From the human T2T-CHM13v2.0 reference genome, Homo sapiens: a DNA stretch of 64,000 nt. This document shows, piece after piece, positions 55,916 to 64,000 of this stretch (its first letter is position 1; each line of letters starts with the position of its first letter). The stretch lies in the NCBI RefSeq assembly GCF_009914755.1, contig NC_060946.1. The stretch is one strand, 5' to 3'. The position numbers were made by a program, and so were the translations under genes. Below the pieces are notes generated by a model that saw only the letters and a list, made by a program, of their open reading frames with translations, was not told the DNA's origin and made no database searches.

Positions 55916-57440
55916 CTCTGTTTCCTCATCAGTAGTGGGAAGACCCCCTGTCAGGTGGGCCAGTCCATGACATCTACAGAGGGAGCAGGAACCTCTCCTA
56001 TTTCCTGGAGGAGAGCTGGGGTGGAGGCTGCAACCCAGGATCATCAGAGGAGCTGGGGTCTTCAAGGTTCCTAGGGACCCCTTAAGCGGGGGTCAGAGTG
56101 GCTTCAGCGGTCTTATTGCTCGGTCCAGACAGAAGATGTTTCCAGTTGTGAAAAACGACTTCAGGGACAACAAAAACAGAGATTCGCCTCTCCAGACACC
56201 AGTGGTTGGTGTGCCTGGAGTACTCCTCGTACCAGGCAGGGGAGAGAGTCCTAGACAGAGGAGGTTCTAAGTGTCACCTAGATTTCGGGCCTCGGGGCCT
56301 TGTATCGGGTAGGTGATGTCACAGTGAGTTGATGCTCTGTAGCCCCTTCCCTAGGAGGTGGCAGAGGGAAGAGCTGGTGGTCCTCTGAGGTGTGAGTCCA
56401 ACCCTGAGGGTCTTCCCAAGCTGGAGGTCCCTGGGTGTAGACGGAAGAGGTTCTGGTCAAAGAGGCCTGGTGTTGAATCCTGGTCCATTTATTCATTTGG
56501 TCAAGAAATATTCACGGAGGACCCAATATGTGCCAGGTGCCAAGCCAGGTGACTGGGGACACAGTGTTGAGTGGGACAGTTGGCTCCTTCACTGCTAGAG
56601 GTATGATATTCTCAAGCCGAGATTCGGCTCTACGATTGTATGTCAGATATATAGCCTCTATGTGCATGTCTCCAGAGACTGGTTTCCCGGAGTTCCAAGT
56701 GACAGCCATCACTCACCTCGAATGCAAAAGTTAAAGGAGCATCCAAAAACCTAGTGACCCAGATAAATAATACTTAATGCAATATTTTCAAAAATCAAAA
56801 TTAATGCCCAACAAACCCACAATGAACAAAATTTCAGGATCTGACTCACTCACCTCAGTGGTTTTGTTCTTGGTCCTACCCACAGTCCCACAGGTGAGTG
56901 AGTACCCACAGGGATGCAAAACCAGAGTCAGGCCCCTGCACCGCCTTCTGCCCAGCCACCAGAGCCCTCCCCTGGGTCTTGGCCTTTCTCTTCTGAAGAG
57001 CTCCAGCCAGTTCCTCCTCAGGCTTCCTCTACTGCTGGTCTCTTCTGCCCCCTACTGGATTCTCCCCTTACAGCTGCACTCCAGGCAGCTGGTGGAGGTT
57101 AAAGAACAGAAACCTCCCAAAACTCCACCCTCCAGTTCCAGGCTGGCTCCACCTCATGTCCAAAAAGGCTGGTCCTCCAGGTCTTTGATTGCTATTAGTA
57201 AGTTCCAAGACACAGTCTTTACACCAAGTCGCTGTGTGCCTTGGGCAAGAAACTCTCCCTCTCTGAGACTGTGTTTCCACACTGGTAGAAGTAGCTAGAA
57301 GACCTCCCTGCCAGGTTGGCAAGTCCACTCTGTGACATCTACAAAGGGAGCAGGGATCTCTTCCATTTCCTGGAGGAGAGCTGGGGTGGAGGCTGCAACC
57401 CAGGATCACCAGAGGAGCTGGGGTCTTTGGGGTTCCTGAG
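55910..57440. repeat. Dispersed direct repeat of about 170 bp (55910-56075 and 57260-57440)
   Basis: 63-nt core with one mismatch (56000-56062 versus 57365-57427). Confidence 0.9.
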
Positions 57441-59181
57441 GACTCCTCAGAGGGGGATCAGGAGCTGCAGAGCCAGCTTCTAACTCTGGGGACTCAGAGA
57501 TCCAGAACCTTTGTCATATCCCCAGCCAATACTTTGTCATCCTGTGCCTCAGACTCCCCCAGATCCCAAGAGTGAGAAGCTCAAGATGAGACAAGAAAGA
57601 CCAGCCAGCTTGAATTTAGGGATGGTGGGGAGTGGGGAGCTGGGGACCCCTGGACCTGGGGGAGAGGAGTCTGCAGTGCCTGCAGGTGGAGTTTCTGGGA
57701 CCTGGGGGATGGAGACTGGGCAGGGGACTGACCAGCAGAAGGCCAAGGTGGGGGATACCCTCAGACATGGAGCAGGGCAGAAGCAACTGGATGGGGTACA
57801 TCCCTCTGCTTTGGGAGAGAAGGGCCAGGGCGGGACCCAGAGAGCTCTGCAGAGGCACCACAGACCCTCAGCAGGGGGTCTGCCAAACAGGACAGCTGGA
57901 CTTGGCTGCTTCTGCCCAGGCCTGGATCCAGCCCTTGCACATCTCAGGGCAGGGGATAGGCCTGGGTGGCCAGAGCTGCAGCTGCACCTGCTGGGGAGGC
58001 CTAGTCCAGTCCTCCAGGGTCCCCAGACAGACTCGGATTTCCGACTGCAGCCACCATGGAAGGATGTGGTCTGCGGTGACGATGTCTATCCAGAGGCCAT
58101 GGCAGGTGCAAGGGTGGGGGTAGGGGCAGCAGCTGGGGATGCTACATTTAGGGACAGCCCCTTTTTATCCCCAAGACCTGGGACTGTCCCTGAAAGGAAC
58201 CACAGCTTCTGGGTCCTGAGCAGTGGGTGAGTGTCATACCCACAGAGGGGCTGGAAGGGAGCAGCTTCAGCCTAGACTCCCAGGGCAGACCCTGCCCCAG
58301 CCCCGAACATCCAAGGAGCCCAAGATCAGAGGCAGGAATAGGCCAAGCTCCCCAGTGGAGAAGCTGTGCTGGACCAGGGGTTTCCCAGGGCCCTCCCTTG
58401 TGCCCTGAATGATGTCTGTTAGGGCACCTACACCCTGTTACTGCTCAGTGCCTTGCCTATTTTGAAGGACAGGGATGTGTGGTGATTATTTGTATAATCC
58501 AGCCCCCAGCACCTGGTCCTCAAAAGTTACCCAAGCAATGTGTATAAAGATCCAGCCTGGAGAGCTTTGAAAACCGATTCGATGAGTCGAACCATTAAGT
58601 CATGATCACCATCCTCAACTTCATCTCTTTCTTCCTCCTCCTCCTCATTATCATCACCTTCAAGAACTGTTAAGAGTCTGAGACTTCATCCTATTTGCAG
58701 ACTAAAAAGTAAGCCTGCCACAGTGCCATGGATGCTGGCAGAAGATACAAGACTCCTGGGTCAGAGACAACGAATAATCTGTTTTTCACAGCAATAGCAG
58801 TTGCCAAGGTATCAGCATTGTCTTGCACCAGTTCCACAAGGTGATGCAAAGAGGGCCAGGTGACATCTGCATGCCAGAGCTCAGGGATCCCAAATATTTC
58901 ATACTTGACAGTAAGCATATATCTGTGTTTTGCTCCAAAGAGAGGCATTCTCTGTACCTTCCGAGGTTGTTCACTCCACAAACACTCTTGAAAAGATAAT
59001 CCACAATCAGTGCCTTTGCCCGAGAGACATGCAGAAATGCAGAGATCCATAGTAGACCACTGTCTCCCAACAACCATCAACTTTATCAATGAAATGAAGT
59101 CTCAGGCTATTTGTCTGTTACCATAGCCCACAAAAATGTCTGGCTTGATTGTCACCAAATGTATCAAGGAAGTTAAGGAGT

Positions 59182-59294
59182 ATCTGACACAAAATGTGAA
59201 CCAAGCAATTCTCAAAGGAGCCTCCCAGGAAATTCACTTTAGGAAGTCCTAGGAGGCTCCTCTGAGAGTTGCTAAAACAAAACATTGAGAGTCC
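59182..59294 (+). ncRNA. MIR5571: Pre-miR-5571
   Basis: Hairpin with 5p arm CAATTCTCAAAGGAGCCTCCC (59206-59226) and 3p arm GTCCTAGGAGGCTCCTCTG (59246-59264); expected position just upstream of IGLL5. Confidence 0.88.
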
Positions 59295-60214
59295 TAGAGG
59301 GCTGCAGATCTGAACTTGAGCAGATATTTTTAAAGATTTTGTGGCAGAAAAAGAAACTGGAAAGCAAGAGGGCAGACCCTCATTGCAGTTCTGTAATGTA
59401 AGGGGGCAGAGCAGGGGCCTTTCTCACCAGAGTATGGGGTCCTGAAGATCTCCTCAAACATTTTTATACTAGGCTCTCAGGGCAACAGAAAAGATGGGAG
59501 CGATGAATGGGGCGTAAAGGAGTGCAAATGACACAAGGGGTCACATGAAGCAAAAGAGGTTTATTCAACCAGATTTAGTCCATGTTTAATTGAGCCACTC
59601 CTTTGTGCCAAGCTCTGGGTTTTCCCATGCACCAAGCAGTGTGTTACCACCTAGACCCAGAGAGCCATGTCATCATCAGCAAAGCACGCCCTAGTGTCAT
59701 GCAAGGACCAGGCCTCAGATTCCGACTCCAGACCTACTGCCTCTTGGCCCTGTGACATTAAAAGAGTAGGGAATCAGCCTGAGCAGCATTTCCTCATCTT
59801 CAAATGTGGAGGACAGTAGATGATCTTAGCTCCCAGGATTAGTGCTTGTAAAGCAATAATAATGTAATGCATTATTATTGTATTATGCATCATATTCCCA
59901 TATTATAGTCAAAAAGGACCCCAACTTAAAGCACCTGCCAGCCCTCTCCTCCTCCACCACTGCCGAATGGAGCCAGGCACGAGTATTCCAGGTGGACAGA
60001 CGAATAGAAATACAGGGGACGAGCCCCTTCCTAGATCCTAGCGCAGCTTGCTCCCTACTTAAGGAATGATATTGGACCCTGCATTCATCTTCTCTGGATG
60101 GTAATTTTCTCACCTGTAAAACAGAGACACTGGCCCCAAGGACACCCCACAAGTAGTTGTGAATCCCAAAGTAAGAGAAGAACAAAAAAAGAACCAGAAT
60201 TTATTCAACACCCA

Positions 60215-60360
60215 CTGAGTGCTTAGCAAACACATGGTTTCTTTAACTCTCATAAGCTTCATGCTGCAGAGGAACTCTCCCCATTTTACAGATAAGGAAA
60301 CTGAGGCCCAGAGGTAACCTAGGTCTAGATAGACTCCACATTTATGACTTCACCACTCTT
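60215..60360. mobile_element. MIR
   Basis: MIR core 'cccattttacagataaggaaactgaggcccagagg'. Confidence 0.75.
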
Positions 60361-60599
60361 CCTTGCCTGAAGGATATAGAATCACTCCCTGCAGGGCTCT
60401 TGCCTGACTCAGGAAAGGGCCACAGGATAGCCAGCCAGGCTTAACCAACCCAGCCAAGAAAGGGCTGGTCCCAACTGGCTGGAGTGCAGTGTACAGGCAC
60501 CCAGCCTGGAAGACTGATCAGAAAAGAAGCCACAGCTCCAGCCCCAGCCCCAACCCCCTGAGCTCAAGCCCTTGGGGACTCCTGCTGGGCAGCTCTCTA

Positions 60600-60968
60600 G
60601 GCCCTAGGGAGATGCTCCACAGACCCAGGCTGCCCTTTGGGAAGTGGGGAAGCCAAGTGGGTCAGGTGTGCACCACCCAGGGGCGGGGCCAGGCAGCCGG
60701 CTGTGGTGGGAGGCAGTTGAGCCCTGGATTGTGACTGCTTCAGGGCAGTTGGTAGATGCCCCTCTGGGAGAGATCCCCAGGGGTGACAGCCATGGACCCT
60801 GGAAGGGCCTGGGCTAGGGACAGGGACCAGAGCCAGTCCAGGGAGAGGACAGAGCCAATGGACTGGGGTGTACTGTAACAGCCCTGCTGGCGAGAGGGAC
60901 CAGGGCACCGTCCTCCAGGGAGCCCATGCTGCAAGTCGGGCCAGAGGTGCCCCTGAACCTGAAGGCCA
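60600..60968 (+). promoter_or_regulatory. IGLL5 TATA-less, lambda5-type promoter and 5'UTR
   Basis: EBF1-like sites GCCCTAGGGA (60601) and TCCCCAGGGG (60774), GC box GGGGCGGGG (~60680), E-box CAGGTG; no octamer. Confidence 0.6.
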
Positions 60969-61174
60969 ATGAGACCCAAGACAGGCCAAGTGGGTTGTGA
61001 GACCCCTGAGGAGCTGGGCCCTGGTCCCAGGCAGCGCTGGCCCCTGCTGCTGCTGGGTCTGGCCATGGTCGCCCATGGCCTGCTGCGCCCAATGGTTGCA
61101 CCGCAAAGCGGGGACCCAGACCCTGGAGCCTCAGTTGGAAGCAGCCGATCCAGCCTGCGGAGCCTGTGGGGCAG
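60969..61174 (+). CDS. IGLL5: IGLL5 coding exon 1; downstream exons (IGLJ1/IGLC1 region) lie beyond the window
   Basis: MRPKTGQVGCETPEELGPGPRQRWPLLLLGLAMVAHGLLRPMVAPQSGDPDPGASVGSSRSSLRSLWG(R), followed by donor AG|GTAAGG. Confidence 0.96.
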
Positions 61175-62507
61175 GTAAGGGGCAAGAGATTCCAGGGGAT
61201 GTGGGGGTCCTGCAGCAGAGCTGGGAAAGGGTGACCAAGGGGAGACAAGCCAGAGGAGTGAGGAGGAAGGTTAACCCCTAAGAGGGGCCTGGGCTGACAC
61301 TGGCTTTAGTAATGGGTTGATATTTTGTCCATCACAGATTTGTTTGAATTACTGTTTTTAATATCATATTACGATATTATTTTTCTTGATTTCTGAGTTT
61401 TCTGGCGCCACTTAAATTTTCACCAGGGTCAGTGCCTCAATCACCTAGTCCTAGTCCTCTGGGTAGGGAAGGAACAGAGGCAGGGACAGGACATCCACAG
61501 GGGGTGGTGGCCACTGTCCCCACAGGGTGCCCAGGCCTGTTCCTCCCCCTCCTCCTCTCTGCCCATGTGCCTCCTGCCCAGTGAGGGCAGGGGCCACTCC
61601 CTGGAGAAGGCAGCAAGGGCTTGGTTTGGTCTCCCCCAAGGCTGTCTGTTCACCAACTTGCACATAAATGCTTACTGGGGCCAGGCTCAAGGACACAGGG
61701 AGGGTGGGATGAACCGAGGGGAGCTGTCCAGTCATTGGAACAGGCCCACGGCCCATGTTTGGAGCAATAAAGGGAGAGGGGATCTCCCTCTGGGATGATG
61801 CCCAGGCTGGTCTCACAGATCGAGGGGCACTGGCTGGTGATGGGTGCCCCCAAAAGACAGAGCAGCGTCAGAGGAGAGGAGAGCACAGGATGAGGCTGGG
61901 AGCTCCTGGGTGACTGGGAAGGGGAGGCAAGAAGACCATAGGGTCCGTGCACCATTCCCAGTCCAGGACGAGTCCTTGGATGGATTTAGGTAGATTGATT
62001 ATCAGAGTCAGATTTGTGTTTTTGGAAAAATCAGCACCGGATTGGAGGCTGATGCGACGCCCGATTAGAGGAGGGAGGAGAGGGGGTGATGGCCAAGTCC
62101 AGGGTAGGTGGGGATCCTGGAGGAAGCCGTGCCTTGGGGATGGGGAGGACACTCAGATTCAGAGCACCCAGGGGCCCAGTTTCCTATGAAATGGGAGCAT
62201 GAAGTTGAAGTGAGGGCTGAGCAGAGGGGAGCAGACATGCTCGGGGACTGTCTATGGGCATTGAAAATGTATAACCATTTTAGCAACAGGCGGCGAGTCA
62301 AAAAACAAAGTGTGTTTATCTAAACTGGGCAATTCCACTTCTAGGAATTTATCCTAAGGGTTGGTTGGGGGAATAATCAAAGCTGTAACCAAATCTTTAT
62401 AACAAGGGTGGTTAGCTCAGCATTATTAGTGATGGGAGAAAACTGGAAAAAATCCAAATATCTACCAGAAAGGGTGTGAAAAAACACAACTGTATTTGGG
62501 GGACTGT

Positions 62508-62810
62508 TGTTGTTTTTGTTTTGAAACAGTCTTGATCTGTTGCTCAGGCTGGAGTACAGTGGCGTGGCCACAGCTCACTGCAGCCTCAACCTCCAGGGCT
62601 CAAAAGATCCTCCAGCCTCAGCCTCCTGAGTAGCTAGGACTACAGATGCAGGCCACTACACCTGGCTAATTTTGATTAGGATTATTATTAGTTTAGAGAC
62701 AGAGCCTCGCTATATTGCTCAGGCCTGTCTCAAATTCCTAAGCTCAAGCAATCTTTCTGCCTCAGTTTCCCACGTGCTGGAATTACAGGCGTGAGCCACT
62801 GCACCTGACC
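62508..62810 (-). mobile_element. AluJ-like
   Basis: Diverged antisense Alu in IGLL5 intron 1. Confidence 0.85.
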
Positions 62811-62959
62811 CAACTGTGTTTTTAAAGTATATATGCATTTTCAAAAACCTGTCAGAAAATATAGAAAAATGTCAATGGTGTGTCTGGCTGGCTGATGGGA
62901 TTTCACCTAATTTTAATGTGGCTTTATAATTTTCTGGTTTTGTGAAGTTGTTCACAAAA

Positions 62960-63220
62960 AGAGACATTTCTTCTAATATAATTTTTAATACAACAGTAAT
63001 GTACTCATGTGCATTACTCTTTTTGTAATGAGTATATTACAAAATGTAATGACTTTTGTACATTACTCTTTTTTCTTGCCAAAAAAAAAAAAGATTAAGC
63101 AGAGAAGTATATAAAGTAAAAGCAAGTGCTTCTGCTTACCATCTCTCACCTCTTCCCAGAGATAGCCACTGTCAGGTTGGTCAATATACTTCCAGAACTT
63201 TTCCTGTGTGTGTGTGTGTC

Positions 63221-63265
<45 letters not shown>

Positions 63266-63468
63266 GGTGCTGGGATTTTATTTTGCAAAAGTAAGAGCCA
63301 TATTCTGCATATTACCAACTTTTAATCTATTATTGACACTTTCTGTATCAGTCCATATGGATTAACCACATTCATTGCTTATAAACTTTGTTTTATAAGC
63401 AAAGTTTAGATGAGCCAGAATTTATTTCCACTAAAAAATCTAAATGACAAATGATGCTGCAGTGGAAA

Positions 63469-63516
<48 letters not shown>

Positions 63517-64000
63517 CAAAGTGCACTTATATATCTCCCCAGGATAGATGCCTAAAAGTGGAATTGCTGGATCAGAGAGAATGTACTTTTGAAATCTTAT
63601 AGGTAGTGTTTCCAAAAGTCTGTGTCCACTCACTCCGGTGAATGGTAGTGCCTTCGCTCCTACATTCTTACCAATAATGCAAAATTGTTGATCTTTTTAT
63701 ATTCTGCCCATCTGATGAGCAAAAAATTGAATGTGTTTATGGTTTTATTGTGTATTTTATTACTGGTGAAATTATTTTTTATATTTTTATTTATTGGTTT
63801 TATTTCGTCTGTGAATTAACTGGTCATCATGTTGCCTGCCTTTCCATTCAGTTGCTTTCATCTTTTTATATATCAATAACATATTGGGATATATTTGGGA
63901 TTTTAACCACTTGTTTAGTGTATGTATTGTAAATATTTTTCCCTGGTCTGTTTTACGGGTCTTTTGTTTATGGGGTCTCCCACCATAAAACTGTGGTAAA
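62960..64000 (-). mobile_element. Old L1 (L1ME-like) with (CA)n at 63228-63262 and (TG)n at 63471-63508
   Basis: Minus-strand '[11 protein letters not shown]' L1 motif and antisense 3' L1 text. Confidence 0.65.

Noticed and set aside
56617-56631. Small hairpin AGCCGA-GAT-TCGGCT
   Set aside because: A 6-bp stem is common by chance.
56777-58230. 173-aa and 239-aa ORFs upstream of IGLL5
   Set aside because: GC-rich stop-poor sequence with no recognisable domain or exon structure.

Overview
This is human genomic DNA from the J-proximal end of the immunoglobulin lambda locus (22q11.2), and all Ig genes lie on the + strand. In order, the window holds an IGLV4-3-like pseudogene (7.5-8.1 kb), pseudogenes IGLV3-7, IGLV3-6, IGLV2-5 and IGLV3-4, functional IGLV4-3, pseudogene IGLV3-2, functional IGLV3-1, MIR5571 and coding exon 1 of IGLL5. 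Pseudogene names are assigned from subgroup plus recalled gene order. V genes are germline: leader exon, intron, V exon, 23-RSS and an octamer promoter (degenerate in several pseudogenes). The rest is mostly Alu, L1, MaLR/ERV, MIR/MER and simple repeats. I see no new biological system. The best second-look items are: a decayed V relic with an RSS located J-proximal to IGLV3-1; an IGLV4 pseudogene outside the numbered series I recall; a tandem-duplication history readable within the window; a miR-650 paralog in IGLV2-5; an orphan IGLV4-type promoter fused upstream of IGLV3-4; a young AluYb8; and an inverted L1PA2 with no TSD at a duplication boundary. All alignments were done by eye, and repeat subfamily names are from memory.
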